This document shows, one piece after another, positions 24,962-37,691 of a stretch of 64,000 nt of DNA. Origin of the DNA: Cystobasidiomycetes sp. EMM_F5. Taxonomy: Eukaryota. The notes below the pieces were generated by a model. The model saw nothing but the letters and a program-made list of their open reading frames with translations, ran no database searches and was not told where the DNA came from. The number at the start of each line of letters is the position of its first letter. Positions within the stretch are counted from its first letter, which is position 1. Location of the stretch: assembly GCA_051047955.1 (NCBI GenBank), contig JBPGPT010000007.1, forward strand, positions 434,001-498,000, in the 5' to 3' direction. A program made the position numbers and the translations under genes.

Positions 24962-26722
24962 GATTTGCGTAAGTGCAGACTGACCACCAAGATCTGCATC
25001 GCAGCTGACTCGTCTTACTGGCAGACCTGGCATAGTGTACTATACTTGTAACAACGCAGAAGAGGGGGCATGCCTGTTCACATTGGTACAATTTAACGAA
25101 GGAGAGCGTATTCCATGCACACATCTGCTTACTCTTCGGGCTTCCACCTGCTCTGCCATGATTGACTCACCAGACCACGCTAAGAACTCCATATGACCGC
25201 TGGCTGACAGAGACATGCGTGTAGGTCTGCGTAAATGTAATAGCTAAATGCACTGGTCATCTCGTCTCGGTTCGAGATACTTGATACCGCCGGTTGCCGT
25301 CTGCTGTGATACTGGAATTCACCATCCTCGATAGTACTCCCTTTGGAATGGTCCGCAGTGACACTTGAAGCGTTCGCATATGCTCAAGCCATCTCTAATC
25401 ATCGCGTTACGGGCTGCGGACAGTCTCATTATGTTCTTCGTTTGCACCCATCCAAGTTCGGCTAGGACAATCCACCCCAGTCAGGGTGAGATTGTCGCGC
25501 AGCGTTAGCATGCAAACCACGATCTTTCTAAGGAGGCGTCCCGGCCTGTTCGATGACGATGTTATGCTAAACGTCTCCGCTATATTGACGCTCCGATCGA
25601 CCGACATCTGCGTGTAGCAAGAGCTGGTCGTGGTGACCCACTCATAAAGCTCTCGTATGGCACGGAAAATGTTACGGTGTAGCCTTACAGCCGCTAGTGC
25701 GTCAGCTTGGGTTCGTCTCCGCAAAGGTACTGGCTGGCAACAATCTGATCAGAATAGAGGCAGCTTTGCAATAGCCGTGACATTGACGGTAAGGACACAA
25801 CAAAGCACGGTAATTTGATGTAAGGCAGTTCTGACGCTTCCTAGATTACTGAAGCGAAATGTAGTATTCCAAAATCCAGCAAGCTCTTTTATCTGCCTGG
25901 GTTGCACCATGACGCACGAATGCGACACGGCGCGGTGCTCTTCGCTTGTTGTATGCCCAGAATCCCTGCATCGTCGTAAGTGCTAAACCCAGTAAGCTGG
26001 ATTTGCGACATGAAGCAGGACTGTCTATGTAGGGAGCGGTCTTTTTTGCGGGATACTACAGCCATTCTGGACTGATATTAGTGGATTTGTAGGTATGTCG
26101 CGATGCACGAGTTCTGGAGGTATGGAGCATTGGTCGCATGTAGTATTTCGGCATGATCCGGCCAAGCAGATCCATTGAAACCGGAGAATGGCCTGATGAC
26201 GGATTGACGACCACAGCAAGCATACATCTGACAAGGCCGAGGTTTGCGGTAGCTTACGAAGCTTGCCTACGAGCCCTTTCCCTCTTTTCTTTCTCTCTTT
26301 CCTTCCCTCGAGCCCGATCGAGGGGAAAAATCTGAGTCTCAGCCGCAAGCCCTAGAAGAGCTTGCCGTGCCCAGCATAGACCGTCAACGCCAAACGACGG
26401 ATACTGTGAAGTGAGCATACATGTTCTGGACGGCGCCGGGTACGACGAGCGAGCGGACGAGCGGGCTGGGACGAGAGAAGAAATGGGCATGTCGCAAGAT
26501 GGAGGAAACATATCGCTATGCGGATATTATGAGGACGACGTGCAATATTATGCTGGAGGAGTCTTTACAGGAGACGAAGGACAAAAGACTTCATACCGCC
26601 CGGAAGAATCCACACTCGACACCATGCCGCTCGCTCGTCGCTCGTCTACCGGTGGAAACGATGAATTATTGCACAAACGGCCAGCTGACTTCTTCTTACT
26701 GCCGTCTGCCAGGTCATAAACG

Positions 26723-27601
26723 ATGGCGACAATCAGCTCGTATGTCGAATTCATCACTGCTACCTCCAAAGGCAAAACTGACTGTCTGCTAATTTGCAGA
26801 GCACCCATCGTGGTTGATGCCAAGGGTGAGGCACACAAGTCGCAAGAGCGCTACTAGTGACAGATAGGACGCAAGGAAGCTAAAAGCGGTTTTCTCCTCC
26901 TTTAGGCCATCTCCTCGGTCGATTGGCGAGCATTCTGGCCAAGCAAGCTCTCAACGGCCAAAAGGTTGTCGTTGTGAGATGCGAGGAGCTGCAAGTGTCT
27001 GGTAGCTTCTTCCGGATGAAGCTCCGCTACCACAACTTTTTGCACAAGCGCCACCTTGTCAACCCAAAGAAATCTGGTCCCTTCCACTTCCGCGCTCCTT
27101 CCAAGATTCTCTACCGCGCCATCCGGGGCATGATTCCCCACAAGACTGCGAGAGGTGCCGCTGCTCTGCAAAGGCTCAAGCTCTTTGAGGGCGTCCCACC
27201 CCCGTATGACAAGAAGAAGAAGCAGGTCGTGCCTTCCGCTCTCCGCGTTCTCCGATTGAAGCCAGGTCGCAAATACTGCACGATCAAGGTCGGTCGATGC
27301 GTTTCGTACGCGCCCGTGTGCAACCAAGTGCTGACCAGTGCTCCTGTTTGTCTACAGCGTCTGTCGCACGAAGTTGGCTGGGGATACAAGGATGTTGTCG
27401 ACCGCTTGGAGGAGAAGCGAAAAACAAAAGCGCAAGCCTTCTACGAGCGCAAGGTGGGTTTTGACATCTTTTACATAGCTCAAGAGCAGTCATACTTATT
27501 TTGCACAACCTCCGTTACAGACTGCTTCGACAAAGACACGCGCAACTGCAACGGCAGCGCAATCAGAAGTCAACGACAAGCTCGCTGCTCTCGGCTACTA
27601 G
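26723..27601 (+). CDS. RPL16: 60S ribosomal protein uL13 (L16/L13a), spliced
   Basis: [42 protein letters not shown]...[11 protein letters not shown]...[13 protein letters not shown]...LAALGY*. Confidence 0.97.
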
Positions 27602-28448
27602 GTGTGGTCATGATGCAGATTTCCCACACTGTTGTTCCACTCTGTTGCGCAACTTCCTGTTGCTTACACCGTTGTCAGTCTTTTTCGGACGGGTTTTGCG
27701 TAATGCAGAAGGTGCTTTGCCTGAAATTTTTGCGTATGCGGGCTACCGGGCTGTTTTGACTCTGTGGATGTTGCCATCGCTGAATCCAAAAATAGTCTTG
27801 CTAGGACACAAAGACTGGACGACACGATTTTTTATGTAGTGTCAATGGCAATCGCGTAGTCCGTGCATCAAGCATGCCCGCAGCAAGGATCAGCTAGAAC
27901 AAGCCAGGTATAATTTGCGTTGCTAGTCTTCGCATTCCCCATCATCTAGACTGCACATCTATGAAAGGTGTCGGTGACCATTCACAGTATCAAACCGCCC
28001 AGCCCCCTGATGTCATCTTCGATTCACCAAACCCTTTCCTTGAGAGAAAGTGAGGACTCAGTTTGAACGTACAGGCTAACCCTTCGCCCAAAGATTGAAG
28101 CAATTGCGATGTCCGTGCTCGACACTATCGCTTCTGAGAATGGAAGTGCGCCAATCGCATCTTGCAGATACGGACTGTACCAATACGAGTTACATCGCGT
28201 AATTGGGCTTCCAGCGTCCGACACAAACAGTAGAATGTTCGTCAACGATACATTCCCACCGTCGCCAGCGGACACTTATTTGCAAACGTGTCTCGCGTGA
28301 TTGTGATTTCGTCAACGCCTTGCCCATGCCCCCAGTCCGTTTGTTTCATTGCTCGGGAAGTGACACATGGTGGGCGTCCTGCATAGGATTCCAGAGCGGG
28401 GATGCCAACATGTGGCCATGTGGAAGAAACCATGCGAGAAAGGCGGCT

Positions 28449-29436
28449 CTACCGCAAACCAGCTGCGAACTCGACTAGCATATCCGTAAATCTTTGCATT
28501 TCGGCCTCTTGTGTGATGGAATGGTCTGCGCCAGGGGCCACATGGCATTGTACGAGCGAACCTTTCGAATCTTTTGCTGATGGCGTCAACGCTTGAGCAA
28601 ACCGCTCGAGCAGTCTGTGCTTGTCAATCCCGGAAGGAACGTATTCGTCCTTTTCAGACATGATGAGTAACACTGGAACAGACGCTTTACGTAGCCCGCT
28701 AAAAGCTTGGTCCAATTGCTCGTCCGTCAAGTCGGAGCTGAAGAAATCCTCTTTGCCTCGTCCTCCAGGTGAAGTTAGTGACAGCCAGCGGTCCGCACAT
28801 ACGGGGGATAGGCCAAATGCGTGTGCGATAACCTCTAAAGCTTCTTTGGGCAAAGGATACTTGGCTCTGCCGGCCTTTTGCTCTTCGCTAGCGATATCCA
28901 GCAGTCTGTGCAGGACTGTGGGAGGGAGCACGTCTTCCCAATGTTGCCTATCGCTGACGGGAGCTTGCAGGACAGCCGCACTGTAAGTCGTCTCGGGGTA
29001 CATCTGGAAGAAGCGGACGATGTCCTGACAGCCTGTATGTTTGGACTACTCAAGTTGGCAAGACAGGCGGTGTGCACAATCGTCATTACGCACCCGTGCT
29101 GTGTCCTAATAGCACAAGCTTGCCAGTCTTGCCAGCAATGTCACGAAGGTGCATTTCCATAGCATGCAAGTCTTCGGCGTCCTGGTCTACACTTCCCATT
29201 GCCCAACCAGAATAGCTCGAACGGGTCAGTACTTGAATCAAGCTCCAGTCTCCGATGTTCGACAGAGCTGCAGACAGCTGAGAAAGTACGGGGATTGCTG
29301 CGAGTCCATCACCCAGTCCGCCGACAAAGATGACGCTGTTGTTAGCTCCAGAGATCCCGCTTTCGAAGTAAGACAGGCGTAGGGCATTGTTGTAAACGTT
29401 CAAGGAGCCATTCAGTGCAATGGACGAGGCTATCAT
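28449..29436 (-). CDS. DUF1749 (UPF0613) alpha/beta hydrolase
   Basis: VIFVGGLGDGL, spliced nucleophile elbow GHSTG|CQD, LQAPVSDR, EDFFSSDL, EKDEYVP and GADH. Confidence 0.88.
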
Positions 29437-29565
29437 GGGTACTGCTGTCAGCTGAATGATGCGTCAAAGCCAGACTTTATTCGCTTTGATCGGCCAAACG
29501 AATGAAGGGCTCCACAAACTTGCAAGCCTTGGATCCTGCCAATCAGTCAATCCTGCTCCATCATC

Positions 29566-30138
29566 ATGGTCGTCAAAATGAGGCTTGCGCCGTCACGGCT
29601 GGTGTCGACGCTACCCAATAAAATGTTCAATATCGTGATTGCCAATGGTCGAAGAGCGCGCGACAGCAAACCATTAGAAACGCTTGGGTTGTATGATCCG
29701 ACACCGCGGCGTGTTGCAACGGTACCGCGGATACAACGGAGTCTCATCGACGAAGGCAAACCCCTGCACATGGAATGGGTCAAGCGCATAGAATGGGACT
29801 CCGAAAGAATCAAATATTGGCTAAGCGTGGGCGCCCAGCCTACGAAGCGAGTAGCTTGGTTATTACACAAGGTGGGTGCATGCTCATCTCTATCCGTGAC
29901 TGACTGCATGCTGACGATGCCCCTTGCTGCAGCAAAACCTGAGTAAGATTGTTGACTATCGACACCGTAGCAATGACCTGACTGATCGTAATGCATGTCA
30001 GTTCCAAGAGGAAAGTCTTTTGAGGGTTATAGTGGACCTCCGAAAATCAAAAAGGGTGCGAAAGTGGTCAAGCAAGCTACCTTGGGCAACCCACCTCAGC
30101 AGCCATCTCACACGCAACATCCGGCACAGTCTCCGTAA
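29566..30138 (+). CDS. MRPS16: Mitochondrial ribosomal protein bS16m (spliced, with a 10-nt micro-exon)
   Basis: MVVKMRLA...FNIVIANGRRARDSKPLETLGLYDP...RIKYWLSVGAQPTKRVAWLL. Confidence 0.92.
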
Positions 30139-30923
30139 CGTAACGTAAAGCGACGTCAGCAGTGTTCACGAGAGGTTACTCGAAGTATGTTATTTACTCT
30201 AGTTCCCGCTGACCCTGCTTTTGTTCAGCAGTTTCATCGTTGTGGTAAAAACACTCGCATATACAGGACTCGTCTACAGTCAGACATGTCTAGCCGTCTC
30301 AGCACCTGTTATTTCATCAAGCATGCATATGCTACGCGATACCGCTACGGTATGCGGAAGACCTAACAAACGCTATCCCGATGGGGATTCCGGCGCCAAA
30401 ACCTATGCCAATACGGCAGCTTTCGAGCATGACCCGCAGTGAGAGCGTGGATTTGTGAGATGCTAAGAAACATTAGACGAAGGAATGGAGGTCACGGCAA
30501 TCGCGGAACAGCATCGCGTTTCTCCGCACTGACCCTCGGAGATTCGTTTGATACATTGTACAAAGACGTGTATCCAGCTTGCTTTCACCGCAACTCGCGT
30601 ACAAGTCAGCATCCTGTTTCTGTATGGATTCTGATACACTGCCCGCAGCTTTCCTTGCCAATCTGTCTGCTATTGCAATGTTTCGCACCAGCACTGACGG
30701 TCAACGGTCTCATCCTGAGGCTTCTGGATTTTGTCGCGGAGCACGTCGGGCGGTCAAGCGGGCCAGGATATCCAAGGCTAACGATAGTCTGCTGCGATGG
30801 CGCGCTGATGGCTTTGCTCTGCTCACGTCTGCTGATTACTCCGATATCCTAACATCCCCCACCGTGACTGCTCGTCAAGGTGCAAAATCTGATACGGTGA
30901 CGAGGTCCAGGGCATCCGTCAAA

Positions 30924-33900
30924 ATGAGCAACGGAGTGTTCAGCGCCGGTGAAGCTGATACCGCTGCTTCGAGGCGTATTCCCGCTCCGTCTCCAGCTGG
31001 ATCCAACACGGTTGACAGAAACACCCCATCGCCACTTTACGCGAAATTTGCAAAGTCATCCCCACTGCCGTCCCCGCATACTTCAGATGTGCAGACAGGA
31101 GCGGAGACCAGACCGCTGCTGCCAGCGGAGCCAACTGCGCAGCATCCCGTCAACAGTCCTCAGACCAAATCGCTGAAGAGCGTTGGTGTCGATGAAACGA
31201 AGCAAGAGACGGAAATTCACCTCGACAGATCGCACAGTAGGGATCCGTAAGTGGTTTCGTTTCCTGATCACCAAGCCGTCTCAGCGTCTAATCGGTTGGC
31301 CATTAACATGCAGACTGTACCAGCCAGCTCCCGACTACACCGCGGCAACGAAGGAGACCGCTAAAACTGCCGAAGCTCTTCCGGTTGTATCCTCACTCGC
31401 TAATCGTATCATGTCCGTACCCCGTCCAACGCCTACCGTCCAGACACAGACTACTGTTCCTGATGACATGCGCAACAAGCCTCCAGCTAAACCTACTGGA
31501 GAATCTCTTTCACGCATACTACCCGTTGCAACCACCGCTCCTTTGTCCTTTGACTACACTCGTGTTCCCAGCACAGGCAAGCCTGATGCAGGCATGCACT
31601 CGCCATCGAGTGCGCGCAGCTTTCGGACGGCTGACGAACATGTCGCGGACAAGAGCGACGATGTTGTTCCGGCAATACCCGAGTCTGCACGACTTCATGA
31701 TGCTGAAGAAGTATTCGGGTCGCCTCGCTTCTCGAATGACTGTCCCCCAACGACATCCCCAAAAGCCCTGGATAGGCTCGTAGGCTTGCCCACTACTTCG
31801 CCAAAGGCCATATCTACGCTGACAGGTAAGTCTCGGGTGACGGGTTCCATGAAATATGGCAGCGCGACTAATACATCAGGGCTTCGTTGTAGGCGTCCAA
31901 CTTGCAAGGCGCAAAGCAAACGAAGCTGCCCCTATTCCAGGTGTGCAAGGTCAGGCATACTCACAGTCTCGCTTCAACTGAACACACACTAACTATGGCA
32001 AACCGGGTATCCAACCAGGTATCCAACTTGCCTTGGCCAAGCAATCTGAAACAGAGGAGATGACAAACACCGCAAGGAGAGTGCGCGAGTCTGTAGTGTC
32101 GGTTCATTCTGAGTTCAGTAATCCTTCGAATCGCGACGGCGATGATTCCGATCTTGACACGACAGCTCACAGTAATGTAGAGTTCGTCAGCCATCCTTCG
32201 TCGACTAGCTCTTATGCCGGTGCTCCTCTTCTGCCACAAAAGGACAAAGAAGTACGCAACCCCGCTAGTACACAAGCATCCCCGCGGGCCAGCAGGAGAA
32301 ATGACGGCGGAGAAGACGGTCGCAGATCGCACAGACCCTCTTCGGCTTCATCGGCGGGCTCAGCATACAACGTACCTCCGACGTTCACTTTAGCTCCTCC
32401 AGTACCCTCACTGCCAATTGTACCGTCAAGAATCCTAGCAAGTGGTCCACAGACCATAGCGGCTAAGAGACATGCCCCACTCATGCAGCAAGTGCACAGC
32501 CTGACACAACATTCGCCCAGCCGATCTAGGTCTGGCTCGGCAACTCAAAACGAAGGTGGTCCAGCCTCTCTTGTCAGTAAATCGCTAGCACCTGTCGAAT
32601 ACAAGAAAGGCTCGAAAGCCGTCAGTGACACCGGCTCAGTGGCATCCTACGTCACAGCTAGAAGCGGGCGCGAAGAGAACCGCAAGACGTTGGCATGCGT
32701 CTACATGGTAGCTGGCTTGCCCAAAGACCCTGCTAATTGGACATTTGCCGATCCCGAAACCGAACCTGCTCACGTTGAGAACGCTGTACCCCGTTTTTAT
32801 CGCGGTGAACTATTGAACACCATGGTCGCCGGCGGAACAGAGCCAGTCATGGATGCACTTGATGCAGAGTCTGGATCCAAAGCCGCAAAGAAGCGTAGTG
32901 TGCCTCCTAAAACGAAGTCGAGGTCGTTGAAGTACGCTGGCGGAGCTATGCCGTCAATATCAGAGCAGCCTGTATTGACAAAAGAGGAATCAGCAAAAAT
33001 CCAAGCCAAGGCAATCAAGCTATCACTACCACGCGATGTGGAGGTCATCGCGGCGCCGACAGCTCCAACGACTACCTGCCATACTTTCAGTTTCACCATA
33101 AAGGCAGAAGACCCTGCAAGCACTTCGTATGGATCCAACCCACTAAAAGGCGGTATCGCCGCGTCTTGGGATATGTCCCTGGCACAAGTTGCTAGATCTT
33201 CGATCCAGCGGGCTGAAGACGTAACCTACTATGGCGCTACCCTAATTGTCTGGACACATGCAGACAAGACAAGAACAGAGGCTATACGATCTGCTATCGA
33301 AAGCGGTTCAAAGAGTCGTACACTAGCAATCGCCAAGGCTGCAAAGGCAGCGGCTGCCGGTCGCCGCTTCGGCAAGAAAATCACAAAGACTGCGCAAGCA
33401 CCAAGTGGAGGAAGCGGGGCCGAGACTGAAATGGACACTGAAGCTTTCTTCAGCGAGACTGACTGGGAAGCTGGGGGCGCACCGCTGAATGTGTCCACAT
33501 CTGCCTTACCATTCTTGCAATCCTCATCGTTCTGGCTTCCATATGCGTTGACATTGGTCAGCAAGTACCCCATCTACAATCTTCTCGTAGACACGCTCAA
33601 GCTGAGCTGGGCTAGGTAAGTGATCTTCGTCGCGTTGTGGGACAATCGGTTGATTGGCGACTCTAGGTATCATCTGCAAGTTGCCCGACATTCCTTGACG
33701 ATGCGCAAACTGCTTGAATTTCCGGCTCCCCAGCCGCATGAATACTTCAAAGTGCCGGTCGATCCACTTGTCGACGCAGAAGGGGCATTTACCTTACAAA
33801 TGCCTGGAAAGGTGTCTATCATAAGCGGCAGGCCAGGCATCAACTTCCAGATCTGGCCGTTGATCCGCTGTCTGGACGCAAACAATATCCTGACTATCTC

Positions 33901-35872
33901 CGAAGTAAGGCACAAGTGCTTTTCGTGACGAGCGAAGCTAAGGGGACTATCAGATTGCCTTGGCTCCCTTCGGAAGGGTAATCTTCGTATGCCGACATCT
34001 CCATATGCTCAATCTGGCTGTTCAGACATTTGAGTACCTCCTGGCTCCGCATGGCGTGAATGGTGTATCAGCTCAAAATATGTCAAGTTGCTGACTGCAG
34101 TGTACTTCCAGTGGGCTGGAATTGTGCATGGTATTGTGCACGCTCGCGACATCTCTGTTTTGACGGAAGATCCTGGTCCGTTCTTGATGGGAGTTGATGC
34201 TCGGTGTTTGCATCTGCTTCATCGTATATCGCCAGAAATCTGCGTCGTAGATCTCGAAACTAATTCAGTTCGATGCGAGAAGCTGCCGCCGTTTGCTCTT
34301 TCAGCCGGGGGAATTAGAGAACGCAATGTCAAACGCCTATCGGCAACAATGGGTCATGGCATTCAATTGTAAGTTTTAACTGGCTGTGAAGGTCGCCATC
34401 TACTTACATGCTTCAAGCGGTGTACCAATTGAAGTAGTGGACGCCTTTCCCGCCAGTCGTTTCCGGCCATTCTCCAATGTTGAAGTCGTAAGCGGATCAA
34501 CTGTAATAGTGGACAGCACCTGTAACTAACACTCTATCGACAGAATGGTCAGGTCGCTCCAGCAGAACAACTTCTGCCTCCTAAAGGCTGGGACTTCAGT
34601 GCGGACAGCTTCTTGAACTCATTGGACGAGATACTCAATGTGGAGCCGCAATCGACTGGTATACGACGCCTGCTTCGACTGAAGCCACAAAAGCGCAAGA
34701 AGACTGGTCTTGACAGTAATGCGGTGCACATCCAGCAGATCGTGCGTAACCAGTCTGCCAATTTCGTCGACAAGCGCGACCTTATGGAAAGTATGTCTGT
34801 ACATTTTGCGATGCGTGCCGCATCTGGCTGACTAATGGCATGCACCATAGCAAAAATGTTCAGAATGAACCGCCGATTAGCTCTGCTTATGCAAGAAAGC
34901 CAATCTTGGAACGCACAGTTCTCGCAATTCGAGCTTTTTGCAGACAAGCTCAACACAGAATCTCGCGATCTACGAATCAAGCTGGACAAGCAACGCAAGG
35001 ATGCTAAGCGGCTTACCGCGGCCATCTCGGAATCTCGGGAGCAGAATGACTACCTACAAGGTAGACTTTCGAAGGCAGAGCAAGGTCGCGAGGAAGCTGC
35101 CGCAGAGTTGGAGCGTATCGATGAGATCAGCAAAGAGTTACAGGAGCAGGTATGTCAGCTTTGCACTTAGACAGTCAGAAATTGTGACTGACAAACGCAC
35201 AGCGGGACATGATGATGGCCGAACTGAGAAAGCTTGCTGCACAAGTGGATGATGCTGAGATGGTCGATGAAATAGCCAACCGCGTCGAGGAGCACAAGGA
35301 AACTATGTCCCTGCAAGATTCGGGTGCCGGCTTGCGACGACTGTCGGCCGGATTTGCTGGTTCTCGCAGCGCTTCTGCTACTCCTACTTCCGGCAGTCAT
35401 CGCAGGACCCGTACTGTCAGCTTCCCTGCGAAATCGCTCCATCCCAGAGACGACTCTGCTGTTTACTTTGAAGAGGAGGAACATGAATCTGAGCTGAATG
35501 CAGACAAGCAAAGACGGGTGCGTCGCAGGTCAGACGCATCACTCATGTCTGCATTATCGACTGAGGTTTTCCCTTCAGATAATTGTGGAAGCAATGAAGT
35601 CCATACAGGAGCGACTTCATAGTGCATTGGATTCAGCTCAAACAAGAGCTCGTGTCGCGCACCTGGATACCAAATCTGCGACGTCACTTCGGCGGGTGCC
35701 CAGCGATGTTGGTACGCCCAGACTGTCACAGTCAAACGACCATCTCAAGGACAGGAAGCCAAGCGTAAAGCCAAAGAGCTCGCTTCGAAAGACTCATCGT
35801 CCTGGCTCGAAGGAAGCTCGTTCTGACCGCGTGCCCCAGCCAGCCGTGGCCAACGAAGACAGCAGTAATTAG
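30924..35872 (+). CDS. DENN-domain (Rab GEF-like) protein with a C-terminal coiled coil (spliced; start uncertain)
   Basis: CVYMVAGLP, YYGATLIVW, FWLPYALTLVSKYPIYNLL, IWPLIRCLDANNILTI, W.GI...PGPFLMGV and ICVVDLE follow the uDENN/cDENN pattern; heptad-rich E/K/Q/L tail. Confidence 0.72.
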
Positions 35873-36438
35873 CCGGGCATCACAGATTATCATTGCAAGC
35901 ACAATTAGCGAACGTCAATAATAATGTGGCTGATCGAGTTTCGCCGCCTAAAAAAGAGAGGTTGCAAACGTCGACTCGTTCTTCCTTGTATGCTTTATTG
36001 GATAACGTTGAATCGCCCAATGCAGCCAAGTAGTAGTACTTCTACTGACGATGACAGCTGAAGCTTCTTACCATCAGAGGATTTCATTTCCCGGCGCCCG
36101 GCCCAGATGTTCGATCATCGGCTTTGCTAGCCGGTCGCGCCCGCGCGACTACTATTGAAGCAAAATCCGCACATGATGCTTGTTTCTCTCTCTCTCACCA
36201 GCCCGTCTCCTCGTTGAGCGTGCAGTAAAGCTCGACATCTTCATTGATTGTCTGAGCGCACCCAAACCCACAATCTCAGAATTCTGCACCTCTGCGATAC
36301 AGCGACCTTGGCGATAGTCATTCATCGCTCGACAAGTCCATGACCATGACGAACGCGTGCAATACTGGCACAAAGTCGTCTGTCTGGATGCTTAGAGCAA
36401 TGGCCGGTGCCGCAGTATCTGGAGACGAGACGTACGGA

Positions 36439-37500
36439 ATGTGTCCGTCAAGCAGCAGGAGCACAGCTGGAACGGTGTCGGGTATAACCACCACAACAAA
36501 AAGCTGTCACCGCTGGACACATTTCCCGCTGGCAACATCATTCCTTTTCATCTTGCTCGTGCAGAGCTTGATTAATCAGTCGTCCGCTTCAATGCCGTGT
36601 ACGGTATGTGGGGCAGCACTCACAATACAAGAAAAGGCTTGGCTAAATGGTCAGGCTTCAGACTGATCCCGATTGCACTGTCAAAGGTGATGGCAATTGT
36701 AAAGTATTTCTGAACGGAGAACGGGCATGCTGTAAGTGCAAGCAAGCCGTATCTAGTTCCGATCAAGCCCTGCTAATTATCCCACACTACAGCCTATGCT
36801 TCATGCGCGGCCGGCTACTACGGAGCTTCAGCTAGTTACACCGACTGTCATGCTTGCCCAGAAGGCACGACTTCACTGGCTGGAAAGGCTTTCTATGCGT
36901 CAGATTGCTTCTTGGAGTGTGGGATGGTTGGTCTTATTGCCATACAAGCTTCAGTTCAATGGCTGATGGTTCTGTTCTGCAGTCGCGGTGCTACATACCG
37001 GACGGTGGATCTGCAGAATGTGAGGCGGCGTCAGTCGCAAGCCTGAGCGTATGTGCACAGTACTGTGACGAGACAGGGTAAGTCACATCGTAGTACCCAA
37101 GGGTCTCCACATCATCTTACAGGGTAGACACCCCAGCTACACTATCAAGAACCCGACCAAGCCATACGCGACCTGCGTTCTTGGTAGCAAACAACCCATT
37201 ACCAAGTCCAGCCCAGGCCGAGCAGTTTTCAGGGATAGGTCGCAGCAAGACATGCCAGCAGCAATGCTCAATCGAGCATACAAGCGCTTCCCAGACCTTA
37301 TCGAGGCACTGCCCATAGTTGCTCGCGATGGTCCTGCAGATCAGGTCCAGCCAGAGGAGGTGCAACAGTCGAAAGTGCCTTTGAAGGCTAAGGTAACAAA
37401 AGGTCGGAGGATCAGAAAGACCGCAGACTTGCACGCCGGTCCAGCCGTGGCAATGCTTGAGAATGCTGGCAGGGATCCCTTGGCATTAGTGTCTAAATAA
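36439..37500 (+). CDS. Putative secreted Cys-rich protein with a GCC2/GCC3 (TNFR/ephrin-receptor-like) repeat (spliced; start uncertain)
   Basis: Hydrophobic FLFILLVQSLINQSSA, then spliced MPCT|TDPDC...C...C|YASCAAGYYGASASYTDCHACPEGTTSLAGKAFYASDC|SRCY...C|...CVLG, joining ORF 37252-37500. Confidence 0.55.
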
Positions 37501-37691
37501 GCAATTTTACAATTTGCGGGGCTTGTAGCTAGACTTACTTGATTCATGCGTAGAGGGAATGGTCAACGAATCAATGCAATATTGTATGTGGAGTATGCGG
37601 GAGCCAGTGTAAATTGATCATTGCTTGATTGCACCGGAGCTGACAATGATAGAGTCAATGGCGGGTAACGGAGCCCAGAAAATTTCGCTCA

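Noticed and set aside
27961..28300. Possible small spliced plus-strand gene (gtgagg...gctaac...aag)
   Set aside because: The resulting peptide is short and featureless, and support is insufficient.
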